DNA of 64,000 bases from the NCBI RefSeq assembly GCF_009914755.1, contig NC_060933.1. One strand, written 5' to 3'. The first letter of the stretch is position 1. The number at the start of each line of letters is the position of its first letter. A program made the translations under genes and the position numbers. The notes under the pieces are model-generated. The model was not told where the DNA came from and searched no databases. It saw only the letters and a list, made by a program, of their open reading frames with translations. The stretch comes from the human T2T-CHM13v2.0 reference genome, Homo sapiens. This document shows positions 1 through 18,884 of this stretch, piece after piece.

Positions 1-4719
<4,719 letters not shown>

Positions 4720-4723
<4 letters not shown>

Positions 4724-4904
4724 GAAGGGAACAATAGACACAGGGACCTACTTGAGGAGGGACACTACCTATTGGGTACCATGTGCACTACGTGGGTGAT
4801 GAAATCATTTGTATACCAAACCCCAGTGGCACACAATTTACCCATAATACATCTGTACATGTAGCCCCTGAACCTAAAATAAAAGTTGAGAAAATAAAAA
4901 AAAA
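4720..4904 (+). mobile_element. Old primate L1 (L1PA15/16-like) 3'UTR remainder; host of the pseudogene
   Basis: aaagaagggaacaatagacac...cctgaacctaaaataaaagttg plus A-tail, starting immediately after the pseudogene poly(A). Confidence 0.8.
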
Positions 4905-6164
4905 AGGGTTGGGTGGGGACCAACAAATAAATTTATGCTTATATTTACATTAAAGAAACACTGGACAGACGCTACAGGAAGTTATATAAGTTTTTACCAA
5001 TATGAGGCTTTGGGAAAGGAATGGAGTAGGTAAGAATAGAGGTAGGAATGACCTATCTGAATATAGACCTTTTAAATTAAATAAATAAAAGTCACTTTTA
5101 AAAAAGAAAGTATCTAATGTGATAGTTCCTTACAAATAAATGACTCATTTTCATAATGTTTGGATATACTACCAGAGCCTTGACTTTCAGTAAAATCTTT
5201 TCTCCTCTTAACTAATGCTTCCCCTCCTCAACCCCAAGTTACTTCTTACCTTTGGAAAAATGATATTATGTACCCCAATGCGGTTTGTTCTCAAAAACAC
5301 TTATGGCAAGGATTTGTTTTTATTCTTCCAGGATTCTTCATTTCTTGTCATAGAAGCATGGGATCTCTGGTTACAATGAAAATATCAACCAAAGCCTAGT
5401 CAAGACTTTGGAACACATAATTATTTCCACATTTGAGTGGCACAGACAAGAAGGAAGTAGGCAGGGTAAGTATTCATTTATTCAAAAAATAGTTACTGAG
5501 TACTTATTATGTGCTTGGCTCTGAGGCAAGAGGCATTTGCTCCCCTGAAGAAGTTTAATTGTGACGTGGAAACAATGACAAAACAGTGTGAAGAGTATGA
5601 TTCGCAGGAAGCATTGTGTCTTGCAGGGCTGAGGAGCAGAGGCACCTCCCTCTTGAGGGGGTGGGCTGTGGGAATGGTTCAGACCAGGATTCTCAGAGTT
5701 GTTGACTTCTATGCTACCTGAAGGATGAGTGGGATTAGAGGAAAGAGGTGTTTATGTGCATGCATGTGAACAAGCATGTATATATGTGTGTACATGTGAA
5801 TGAAGACCATTTTAAGTGGAAGGGGAACCATGTCCAAAAAGCCTAGAGATAAGCATGGTTGTGTTACATTCAGAGAAGGACAAGGGGATCCCTGTGTTGA
5901 ATGTAATGTGATCTGAAGCCTTCGAGGTCTAGGAGGGTTTCCTGGGGGAAGTTACAGTTGAGCTGATGGGTAAGAGATTGTGGAGACCGCCAGCTAATCA
6001 AGGGGAAGAAGGGCAGGGCTCTCTGAGTGAGAACCATATCTTGAACAAAGGCGCAGAGGAAGTGGATGCCTGGTCCCTTCAGGAAAATACAAATTGCTCA
6101 GTCAGACCAGAAAACAGATTGGAATGGAGGAGGAGAGGGGAGGCAGCAGAGGTGGGGAGGCGAT

Positions 6165-6365
6165 AACTATCCTAGCTCTGCCACTCACTAGCCTTGAATA
6201 AACTGGGGTTAACATTTCCCAGCCTCAGGTTTTTTTAAATCTTAAAGTGGGGACAATAATAATAGACCTTGATGCATGCATTGTTTTGAGGATTAAGTGA
6301 GATAAACTTGTAGACCACCCAGCACCGTGCTTGGTATATAGTAAGAGCTGAGTAAAGGGTAGATT
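6165..6365 (+). mobile_element. MIR SINE
   Basis: cctagctctgccactcactagc...tgaggattaagtgagataa...tatatagtaagagct. Confidence 0.7.
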
Positions 6366-7080
6366 TGATTATCACTCATCACTTTTGAATTGTTAATGTG
6401 CTGGTTAGTAACCTAACCACTGTTTGCAGCTGGAGGTTTTGGAAATTCTTCTCTGAATTTTCCCAGAGTCCTTACTGGAGAGATCCTTGGCTGGACACAG
6501 TGCCTGGCACATCATTGACAGTCAAAGGATAGATGCAGAAGGGCAAGGGAGGTTATTCTTTGGGTTCTGACCACAGGGATGAACCTCAAAAGAAATAGAC
6601 GGGAAGGCTCTGCAGATGTTTGGTCCTTATTGGGAGATGCTTCTCCCTCTTGATTGAGAAATTTCAGACATTTCTTCTTGCAGCCCGCTTTCATTTCTTG
6701 TTCCAATTTTAATCTCCCCCCTCCCCCCGACCTTCTCCCCACTCAAAGTAAAAATGTGTATGTTGTGTAAGGAAGGAGGGTAAGGAAGGAGTGTTGTGCA
6801 ACAGTTCTTCATTCAACGCAGTACTGCTCTGCCAAAAATTCTATTTGTGGTATTTATCTTTTCAGCTGAGTGGCTGACACTGGGGTGTGTACAATGTTTA
6901 ACAAGAGAGAAAGTTTTATGCCTTTAACCTTTACAAGAAAGAAGGAACCCCCAGGGGCAACTGGCCCATCCAGTTTCTACTGAAGTTCAGACCTCTTAGG
7001 GTTCCTTGGCTCTTTTCTGAAAGTCATTGTGGCCATCAGCTCAGGGCAGAGGGGCCAGTCTACTATATTTACAACTATCA

Positions 7081-7420
<340 letters not shown>

Positions 7421-8049
7421 CTATCATCAAACATGAATGGGGTGGCAAGAATGCTGCATGGCTTCCTTACTTCTTTTTACAAATTAAGAAAAATGCCAAA
7501 CCAAATCTTGACCAAACCAGCTTTCTTTAGCTATTCCCTTAAAGTCACCCCACGTCCTGGCCATGTCAATTAACATGTGCCTGTACTTTCATGTCTTCTT
7601 GCTTTTGCCCAAGCTGGGCCCTCTGCCTGGACTGCCCTCTGCTACTTGCTCTTCTCCACCAGGCTGACTCCTACACTGGCTGCTCCTTGTAATAGGCTCA
7701 GGCTGGCCTCTTCTCTGTGATCTTCCCCATATGTTCACCTTTTCCCTCGCAGCAGATGACTTTCTTCGATTCTTCCTCTATTGTCCTGAGTTCTCAGATT
7801 AGCATTAACCTGGGAGCTCACTGGGACAGAAATCCCACTGGACTTGTGTCTGTAATCCAGTCACTATGGTTGTGTAGAGATTGGAAGAATAAATAAATGA
7901 ATTAGTGAATAAAATAACTGAGAGTAGGCTGAGAAGACCCACTAGAATAATTTTTTTTTTTAGTTTCTTAGAACACTTTAGAGAAAATTTTCTTGATAGA
8001 TTTTCAATCTTCATAATAGGGTAATAAAAATTGCATTAAAAAGTTTATT

Positions 8050-8820
8050 GTTTAAACAGTCATGTCACAAGTAATGAATGTAATGAATGTTTATTGTAGA
8101 TACTTTAGAATTTACAGATAAGTAAGGAGCAAAGTACAGTCTCCTGTAGTTTTGCACCTAGAGACAACCTACACTGAATGTTTTGACATATATGCTTACA
8201 TTTCATCAAACAAATATGAACATATGCAATTTCAAATACTGTATAAACTATTTTATAACCCCCCTTAATCACCTATTATATCATGAAAATCTTTCCTGTC
8301 ATTAAATGTTTTTGTTTTCATAGCTGCATGATATTCAACTAAAGACATAATTTATTTAATGATTTCCCTGGATATAGGGTTTTTAGATGGCTTCCAATTT
8401 TTTTCTTTTTGTTGTTATGAGTAATGCCATAAGGAGCATCTTTGCAGCTAATATTTGTGCAAATTTATGTTTTTCTTCTCCTTTTTTGGAGAAGAAATAA
8501 AATAGTGAGGTCAAAGGACATACATATAATTTTCACGACTTTTGACACAAGCGGCCTCCTTGCCATTAAGGAAACTATACCATTTACACTCCCATTGAAG
8601 TGACTCCTTGTCGACACCTGGCATTGCCATTATTTTTAATATTTGGCAATTATTAGATGAGTAGAAACTGGTATCTAATTTTAAGATGCAGTTCTTTAAT
8701 GATTGATGACATTGAACATCCTGTTTGCTGTTTGATCATTTGCTTTTCTTCTTTTGTGAATTACCTATTAATTATCTTCGTTCATGTTCCAATTGGTGGG
8801 TTATTTTTTTTTCTAGTAGC
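8050..8820 (-). mobile_element. Ancient L1M(E) fragment
   Basis: Degenerate antisense L1 3' text (ccatttacactccc, gatgacattgaacatc). Confidence 0.55.
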
Positions 8821-8885
8821 AATGATAATACTAATACTGGGGCTCACTGTTTGCTAAATTCTGTCATCTTATGCTTATAGTAACT

Positions 8886-10105
8886 GTGTGAAAAAGTAGG
8901 AGGTCTTACTTCCTCCTGACACCATGTATGTGGTATCTTTTCCAACACCACTTCTACTCTCTGACACCACCTGGGAGTCTTGTAATTCTATTCAATTCTG
9001 ACACTAACTACCTGAAGTTAGTGTCAGACTCTAAGGTTTAAGGGCTCAGTCCCATAAGACTGCCTCCATTTTAGATGGCAGTTGCAAGTACTGGGTCATC
9101 TGTACTTCTGACCAATGGCTACAAACTGGGGTTCCCATGACCCCTCTCCTCAGGTTTGATTATCTGCTAGAATGACTCACAGAACTCAGGAAAGCACTTC
9201 ATTATTTTTAAACTTTTTTTTTTTTTTGCTCTCCTGTACTTTTGTAATAGTGTATCGTAGCTTTTTTCTTTCTTCTCTATTCCCCCTAAGAAAACACATT
9301 ATTTACTGTTACTGGTTTATTTAATTTTAATTTTTTTTTTTTTTTTTTGAGACAGGGTCTCACTTTGTCACCCAGGCTGGAGTGCAGTGACGTAATCATG
9401 GCTCACTGCAGCCTCAACCTCCTGGGCTCAAGGAGGATCAAGTGATCCTCCCATTTCAGCTCCCCAGGTAGCTGGGACTATCGGTGCATACCACTATGCC
9501 CAGCTAATTTTTTGTAGAGATGGGGCTTTGCCATGTTGTCCAGGCTGGTGTCCAACTCCTGAGCTCAAGCGATCCACCTGCCTTGGCCTCCCAAAGTGCT
9601 AGGATTAGAGGCATGAGCCACCGTGCCCAGCCTGTTACTGGTTTATTTTAAAGGATACAAATCAACAGGCAAACCTTTATAGAATGAGGTCTGGAAGGGT
9701 CCAGATGGCAGGAGCCTCTGCCCATGTGAGTTGCGGGGTGCCACTTCCCTGAAATGTGGATGTGTTCACCAATTCGGAAGCTCTCAGAACCCCACTGTTT
9801 AGGAGTTTTTATGGAGGTTTTTATTATGTAGGCATGATTGATTAAATCATTACGCATTGGCAGTTGATTCCATCTCCAGCTCCTCTCCCCTCCCTGGAGG
9901 TTGGGTTGAAAATTCCAAGCTTTTAATCAAGGATGGGTCTCCCTGGTGAACATCCCCCATCCTGAAGCTATCTAGGAGCCCACCAAGGGTCACCTTATAG
10001 AACAGAAACTGCTCCTACCACCTTCATCACTAAGGAAATTCCCAGGATTCTAAGGATCTCTGTGCCAGGAAATGAGACAAAGACCAGTTATTTTTCTTAT
10101 ACCAT
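8886..10105 (-). mobile_element. MER21-family ERV solo LTR, interrupted by an AluJ
   Basis: ttcaattctgacactaactacctg, gggctcagtcccataagactgc, cacagaactcaggaaa, gcatgattgattaaatcat, cctgaagctatctagg are MER21 reverse-strand hallmarks. Confidence 0.8.
9324..9632 (-). mobile_element. AluJ
   Basis: Antisense Alu with J-type text (atcatggctcactgcagcctcaacc); 16-bp TSD tgttactggtttattt at 9307-9322 and 9633-9648. Confidence 0.92.
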
Positions 10106-11530
10106 AGAGGGCATTTTCCTCATTTTGCAGAGAAGGAAGAAGGCAAGGAAAGAACGTGGCCCAAGTCATACAGTTGGCAAGAAGGAGCACTGGGGCTGAC
10201 TCGATTTGTCTGTCTGCCAAGACCATTTCTGAACACAAGGTTACATGGCATTATTAATATTTATTAGCTCCTCACATATTAAATGTAGTAACCTATGTCT
10301 ATGAAAGATGTTGCATTTTCCTTTTTACTCTATTATTTGTCCTTTATTGTTTTGACTATGGAAGTTTACATTTTTTACATGATTATTTCATTTGAAAATA
10401 ATTTCAAATTTTAAAAACTATGGATTTGAAATCCATAGGCACAAAAGCAGTACAAAAAGGCACATAATGACAAGTTGATCACCTCCTCACTTCTGACCCC
10501 TAGTCTTCAGTTTTTCACTCCAGAAGTTTAATTTTTTTTTATAGCTGAATCCATTCATTATTTTTCCTGTGTGGCTTCTACCTTTAGTGCCATATTTAGA
10601 AGTTATAGCACTACTATAAGGTGCTATGAATATTCATTTATATGTTTCTTACTGCTTTTGTGGCTTATTTTTTAACCCATACTTTTTAATCTCATAGGAT
10701 TTATATTGACTTATGACACAAGGTTAAGATCCTTTTTTTTCTCAGTAGTTAGCTAACACATGAATTTTAAATTTGGCAGTAAGACAGATAATATTTCATG
10801 TCAAGTTGCAGAATCCAAGAGGAGTTATTATGCAGTAAAAAAAACAGAAAAGATGCTTCATCTGGAGAGAATGCTGAGGATGACACAAGAAAAAATTGCT
10901 TCTGGGAGGAGAAAATGAATGTGCTCATGATCTCACCAGTGGAATCCACAAGTTTTAACAAATCGGTTTGAACAAATAACTTATACAACGAAAGAAGAAA
11001 CCCTCAGGGCCACTTCCACCAGATGCCCCCAGCTGGATTTCTCTCACCTGATTCTGCTGCAACAATCAGGGAAGAACAAAGCAGGAGATTCTCTTGAGGA
11101 CCTGCTCAATTTTCTTGGGTGGAGGTCCATTTGCTCTTCAGTGTCTTTGAGGCAAGTCGCCAATCTTGGGACCCATGGGGAAAGATCATGACTCTGCAAC
11201 TTTGTGTAGCTCAACTGGTGCCAAAAAACTAGGACCTCTGGAGCAACTAACTTGGAGGAAAGTAGGGTGGGGAGTTTGTGGAGACCAGTCCGGGGAAGTC
11301 CAAAATCTGCTCAAGTTTCCATTTTCTCATTGTTTCCTTTGGTAAACTTGAATATCCTCCAACTCTGTAGTATCCCCAAGATCCTTTCCAACCCAAAGTC
11401 TATAATCCTTCTAGGCATTGTCGTCCTCTTAGGCCTCAGCTATTCATTCTTCAATTTAAATTTATTCATTAATTCAACAAATATTTATTGAGTAGTTCTG
11501 TGTAGATAGAAATTGTTCTCACAACTAGTC

Positions 11531-12270
11531 CACATGCTCCACATCACTAATCACTGGAGAAATGCAAACCAAAACCACAATGAGACACCACTTTAAACCA
11601 GTCAGAATGGCTATTATTAAAAAGTCAAAAAATAGCAGGTGCTGGCAAGGTTGCGGAGAAAAGGGAACACTTATACACTGCTGGTAGGAATGTAAGTTAG
11701 TTCAGGGAAGCAGTTTGGAGATTTCTCAAAGAACTTAAAACAAAACTACCATTTGACACAGCAAACCCATTACTGGGTATATACCCGAAGAAATATAAAT
11801 AGTTCTACTAAAAAGACATATGCACCCATATGTTCATTGCAGCACTTTTCACAATAACAAAGATGTGGACTCAATCTAGATGCCTATCAGTGGCAGACTG
11901 GACAAAGAAAATGTAATACATACATACTGTGTAATACTACGCAGCCATAAAAATAAACAAAATCATGTTTTTTGCAGCAACATGGATGCAGTTCAAGGCT
12001 AATATCCTAAGCAAATTAATACGGAACCAGAAAACCAAATACTGCATGTTGTCATTTATAAGTGGGAGCTAAGCATTGAATATACGTGGACATAAAGAAG
12101 GGAACAACAGACACTGGGACGTACTTCAGGGGAGATACCTCCTGTCAGGTACTATGTTCACCACCTGGGTGATGAAATCATTTGTACACCAAACCTCAGC
12201 AACATGCAGTTTACCCATGTAACAAACCCATGCATATACTCCCTGATCCTAAAATAATAAGAAAAGAACT
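11531..12270 (+). mobile_element. L1PA15/16-like 3' fragment
   Basis: ORF2 C-terminal region (gaaatgcaaaccaaaaccacaatgagac) through L1 3'UTR to aaaataataa. Confidence 0.85.
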
Positions 12271-12284
12271 AAGAACCCAAATAA

Positions 12285-12830
12285 AAAAGTAGCTTAAATA
12301 ATAAGACTTTAAAAAATCCTTATATAACAAGTTATCCCAAGATAGGGAGATTCCAGAATAGGTTAATTCAGCTAGTGAATCATATAAAGTACCAGATTCT
12401 TTCTACTTTTCTTTTCTGTCATTTTCAGCAGTTGGGTATCCTCATGTTCTCAATAGAGCTGCAGCAGCTCCAGGCCTTGCACCCTCATGCATCAATATCT
12501 AGGGTCAAATAAAGTGGGTATTGCAATACCTAGAGTTCTTCTTATAAAACCTAAGAACTGTTCTTCAAACTTTCTTCATCTTTCTCCATGGAGGCATTCT
12601 CTTACATATCTTAGCCAGAATTGGAACATATGCGCTTTCTCAAGTCAATCACTGATAAGCAGAATAGAATCACCAACTTTGGTTCAGACTAATCAAGATT
12701 CTTCCCTACTGGGCTGGGGCTAGGCTGGTACCTAGAAAAACAAAGCAAACTGAAAAAGCCTGGATAACCAAATTTAGGGCTTTGTTGGCAAGGAAGGACA
12801 CTGATGGGTAGGCAATTGACATTGTCTGCC
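12285..12830 (-). mobile_element. Ancient MLT1-type MaLR LTR
   Basis: agtagcttaaataataag, gctgcagcagctccaggc, ttagccagaattgg are degenerate MLT1 motifs. Confidence 0.5.
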
Positions 12831-13149
12831 TCACCAATCTTTATCTATTTTTTGCCAATCTTAAAGGCAAAAGTGAGATCATATATTTTTATTTGTTTCT
12901 TTGCTTTTTTATTCAGCTGGGCATTTTCTCCCATGTTGCTTGGCCATTTCTGGTTCTTCTTTTATGAGTTGGCAGCTCATGTCCATGGCTTATTTGTCAA
13001 TTGGTATACTCGTTTTTCTTATTGGTTTGCAAGAGCCCTTATTATTTTTCTAGTGGGATTATTTTTTCTTTCTTCGTTCCTTTACTCTGAATAAGGTAAT
13101 CCTGGGTTCTCTATTTTTCTCACACCTACCTTCCAAATTTACCTTCTTG

Positions 13150-13915
13150 GACATGTCTCAAAAACTTTCTTTAAAAACACACACAGCCTTGGTCCAACAC
13201 AGAATAGTTATTCACTGACTAGTCATCCTCCACTCTTCTGGATTATTCTTTTAAAATAAATGTCTCATTCTTTTTCCTATCTCCGTTGCAAATGCCCCCA
13301 TCGTTTCTCCCTTTGGACAGTTGCCATGGCCTCCTCATTGGTTTTCTCACCTTAGCGCCTTCCTTTTCATTCTTCCTGCAGACCCTAGGTGATGTTAATG
13401 TTACCAAAACACCAAGATGTGGATGACACAGCTTTGTACCCATTGTTGCTCAGGCTGCCCTCTTGCTATATAAAGTCTGGACTTCTTATCCTATCATTAA
13501 GCCCATTTCATTCATTTCCAAACAACTCGTTTCACTGTTGCCTTTTGTTGTCATTATATCGAGTGACCATGCCCAATCCTGCTTTCTGCTAGTTCCATTT
13601 TCCTTCCTCCCAAGTCCCCTTGGTGAAATCTCACTCATTTTTCAGCGGTCAGTTCAAAAGCTACCATGTTGGCAAAGTCTTCCTAGATGCCTCAAGTGAG
13701 AATGACCTTCTTTTTTCCTTCAGTCAACCTTTTTCCAGTTTGGGTTTATGTATTTGAGACATCTTGCCTGTATCACTATTCCATATGTGTGGAGCTCTCT
13801 GTCATGCCCTGAGGGCAGGACTTCTGTCTATGCTTGTGTCCTCTTCCCTCCTGGGGTTCATATGTAGTGAATGTTCAGTGTGTGCTTGTTGAATCTATTA
13901 GTGCTCAGTAAATGT
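13150..13915 (+). mobile_element. L2 fragment
   Basis: Pyrimidine-rich L2 text ending tagtgaatgttcagtgtgtgcttgttgaat. Confidence 0.55.
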
Positions 13916-14750
13916 TTGACACTAACAATTCCTCTTGGTGTACAATTAACCCAGGGGGCAACTTAAATTTAATTGCCATTTAGCAGTTTCTAGAGCAAGG
14001 CTGATTGCCACTATATGCACAAAAGCTTTGGGGGAAAGAGGTGTTTTCCACCATCTGTTTGTAGTATGGATTTTCAAGCCTTAGTTTTGATTTGTTAGAA
14101 GACACCTCTGTAATGATACTTCAATTAATCGATCCTTTTGTGGAAGGGCTATTTAAGTGAATTCAGCCTTTAAATTACTACTACAAACAAATCTGTATAA
14201 ATCATGCTAAATTATGGGGAATGAAGTCAAACATAGAAATTTACTTTTCTAGTTGCTTTTAAGAAACTTTAAAAGACTTATAATATAATAACCAAGACAA
14301 CTAGCTCTGTGTCAGGTACTATTCTAAACACTTTATATGCATTTATTTAATCCTCATAACACCTCTAAGGGATAGGAACAATGATCATTTTCTACCATCT
14401 TATGCCACTCGTAGTCTCTTTGCTAGAATACCTGCTGATCCGAAAGGCACAGTCAAAAACCCAGAAAAATGATAAGATATAAATTAAAAGGAACATTACA
14501 GAGTTTAAGGATTTGTGCTGCTACTATAAATATTCTGTTGCATGAAGATAAATGATTTGTGAATTTTAGCATCTATGATGTCATTTAATGAGGATGTGCA
14601 TTCTAATTTCTCTGCTGTAACACTCTAACATCCAAGGATTTATCCTAGTCTGATAAACCCTTATATATCTCTTTCAAAGCAGGAAAGCAAAGCCTTTGAT
14701 TAATTTTACCTACCCTATCTAGAACTTGTATTCTGAAATGTGTGGAAAAA

Positions 14751-15243
14751 CAGTTCTCAAAGTGTGTCTGTGCATCCCTGGGGATCCCTAAGACCCATTT
14801 AGGGAGTCCATGTGGCTAAGACTACTTTCGTAATGACACAAAGATGTTATCTGGCTTTTTCACTCTCATTCTTTCACAAGTATACAGTGGAGTTTCCCAG
14901 AGGCCACCTAAGGCATAATACAGTAACATGTTAAATGCTGGAGCAGATCTGAGAATCCAGCTGACTTCTATGAAGCCGAACATTAAAGAGGTTTGCAAAA
15001 ATGTAAAACAGTGCCACTTTCCTTATTAAATTATTTTTGTTTTGGAAAAATAGTTATTCTTCATAAAAGTACATTGTTTGCATTAATCCATCAACATATT
15101 ATGAGTTTACTATAGTTATTTAAAATTGGAATTTTCAGTTCTTAATATAGTCAATATTGATAGACATAACCCCCATAAACAAAGTTCTTTAAGATGCTCA
15201 ATAATATGCAAGAGTGTGAAGGAGCCAAAAAGTTTGAGAACTG
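14751..15243 (+). mobile_element. hAT-Charlie DNA transposon (Charlie4a-like)
   Basis: TIRs cagttctcaaa / tttgagaactg; internal gagaatccagctgacttcta...gacattaaagag-like text. Confidence 0.75.
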
Positions 15244-15973
15244 CATGTGCAGAGAAACTAGGACAAATCCAAGTCATGAGTTGTATCTAGATTAGTTTCT
15301 GAAATCATAATTTCAATTCTGTATATGTGCTCAAATATTTATAGCTTGAAATGTATTTTACCTTGTTAGCTCATATAGCTTGACATTTTATTGATGTACT
15401 TGATGGATATTTGTTGAACACTTGTGTACCAGATGCTGGGCTAAGCATTGGAAGTACCATGGGAAGAAAGACTGCTCTCATTGAGCTTGGCTGTGGCATT
15501 CACTCCTGCGGCTCTCCCTTCAGTGGTTGTATTGCCCCAGGGAGTTCTGAATCTAGAGAGGCAAGACACTGGTGTGGAATCTTTAAGCAAATCAGAAGAA
15601 TGAATACAGCTCAGAGGTTACTATGCACAGCTCTCAGGATGAAGGAGCTCAGAGGATGGAGAAATCAGCATAGGCCAGTATGATAAGGGTTTCTGGGACT
15701 GGAATTAAACTCAGGACAGACAAGTTTAAGAGAGTTGAGCTGAGTAGAAGAGGCCAGGCTGGGTGTGGGAAGAGATGAGAAAGCTGGTAGAAATGAGATC
15801 TTTTCTCACTGTGTAGGGATCTAGGGGCCTGCCTGAATGGAGAAGGAGGATTCCGGTGAGGAACTCCTAGTCTAAGGCTGAGTTTTCTTCTGTAGCTGAT
15901 GAAACCTTCGTTACGTCTTCTAAGCTACCGGAAAGCAGCTCTCTTGGGTGTGCTTGGAAGTCTATGCTATCAC

Positions 15974-16172
15974 CCAGTGTTTCCCGAACTTGCCAGATCC
16001 TCAACTTTCCCAAATAACAAGAATTATCTGGAAGTATTTCTTAAAGACACAGATTCCAGGGCCCCTGATTCCAGAAACAGTGATCAGGGGAGAGGCCTGG
16101 GTTTCTGTATATTTATCAAGTACTCTAGGTAATTTTCTTTTTTAAAAATTACAGACAAGGTTGGGAAATACT
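15974..16172. mobile_element. MER5-type hAT MITE
   Basis: TIRs cagtgtttcccgaact / ggttgggaaatact. Confidence 0.6.
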
Positions 16173-16756
16173 ATTACAACCCATTACCAGCCCTGAGGCT
16201 GCACTCTGGGAAACTTTAAAAAATACCATTGCTTAGGCTCTACCCACAGTGACCTAATTTAACAACAACAGAATGATAAAAATGAAGATAAACTCTCAAT
16301 AATCAAAATTAAATTATAAGAGTTTTTGACCTATAATTGTTCCTTTAGTGGCCCTATGTTCTCCATACCCCCAGAATCATTACTTAGCTAGGAAAATCAC
16401 ATCTGGCCTCGTTAATGGTGTTTTTCTAGTTTTTAGATGCCAAGAATACAACATTGTGAACTAGGGCTGTGATTACTAGTGGTGGGGGAAGCAGCAGAGT
16501 AACCACTTGCTTTGGAAATAAAACAGGAAACATTCATAGTTGCTTTGGGCTGTAAATGTGTGTCCAGGTTACAGCAAAGGCTAAGAATAGCCCACAAAGG
16601 ACAAGTGGGAAGTAGCCCTCATGGATCCACTGAACTGGAAACCTAGAGAGGAAGCAGAGAAACAAAATCACACCAGGGCTTTCATTGCTCCAGATAACTT
16701 TCTGAGTAAATGCAAAGTATGTACTGTTTGATCCCACAGTAAAATCAACTAAATTC

Positions 16757-17048
<292 letters not shown>

Positions 17049-17679
17049 GTCAGCTAAATTTTTACTGAAGAAAGTGTTTGTGTTTTTCCATTTATGAAAT
17101 CATGGACTCCAACTTTGGGGAGGTGACAGAGCCAGAAGACATTTGAGAGGTCATTTGGCTCTACCGCCTGCATTCTCTGTCTCTTTCTCTTTATTCTTCC
17201 TGATGCGATCCGGACCAGGCACTAGGAGATGTGAAATTTGGGCTGCCTCTGTCACTGACTGGCTGTGTGATCCATGCACAAGTCACCTGCCCTCTCTGGG
17301 CCTCAGCTTCCCTATCTGTTTAAAGAAAGGCATACTTTAGTCTGTTGAGCCCTTTCCACCTAGATCATTGCAAAAGTACAAGACTCTGTCATAACATTGT
17401 TCTGGCATCTTCCTAGACAAAGGACACCTAGTGTATAAGAGGGAATGGTTGAACTCCAGCTAAAAAAAAAAAAAAAAAAGAAAAAGAACAAACTATACTT
17501 ATGTGGCCAAACTGAACAGGATCTGCTCAGGGACCTAGAAAACAACCCTTAGCATTCAGGAAAACATAACTTATATACTGAAAGAGAGGAAGGGTCTGAA
17601 GCTTGATCTTTGTTTATGTATTTGCGTGTTTAAGTGTTTACTTTTTAAAATTTGAAATATTTTTTCCCAACTTTATTGA

Positions 17680-18048
<369 letters not shown>

Positions 18049-18581
18049 TGATATATGAATACATTGCGAAATGATTACCATAATCAAGCCAATTAACATA
18101 CATCATTTCACATGGTTACCATTTTATTTTTGGTATGGTGAGAACCCTTAAGATCTGATCTCTTAGCAAATTTCAAGTATACAATACAGTATTATTAACT
18201 ATAGTTGCCGTGCTGTACATTAGGTCTCCAGAATTTATTCATCTTAAAACTGAAAGTTTGTATGTTTTGACCAGTGTTTCCCTTTTTCTCCCATCTCCCA
18301 GGCCCTAGTAACCACCATTTTACTCTTTGTTACTATGAGTTTGCTGTTTTGTTTTTTTTTTTAGATTTCACATATAAGTGAGATCATGAAGCATTTGTGT
18401 TTCTGTGTCTGGCTTACTTCACTTATAATATCCTCAAGGTACATTCATGTTGTGGCAAATGGCAGGATTTCTTTATTTTTTTTAGGTTAAAAATATTCCA
18501 TTACGTGAATATGTATATATATATATATATATATAATCACAATTTCTTAATTTCTTTATTCCTTCATTGATGCACACTTAG

Positions 18582-18884
18582 TTTTTTTTTTTTTTTTGAG
18601 ATGAGTTTCACTCTTGTTGCCAGGTTGGAGTAAAATGGCGTGATGTCAGCTCACCGCAAGCTCTACCTCCAACTCCTGGGTTCCAGTGATTCTCCCGCCT
18701 CAGCCTCCCAAGTAGCTGGGGTTACAGGTGTGTGCCACCACGCCCACCTAATTTTTGTATTTTTAGTAGCGACGGGGTTTCTCCATGTTGATCAGGCTGG
18801 TCTTGGACTCCTGACCTCAGGTGATCGGCCCGCCTCGGCCTCCCAAAGTGCTGGGATTACAGGCGTGAACCACCGTGCCCAGTC
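18582..18884 (-). mobile_element. AluS (Sp/Sq-like)
   Basis: Antisense full-length Alu with gagtttcactcttgttgcc. Confidence 0.9.

Noticed and set aside
17462-17490. Orphan A-tract (also T-tract near 53787-53804) as solo poly(A) insertions
   Set aside because: No convincing TSD; slippage explains them equally well.
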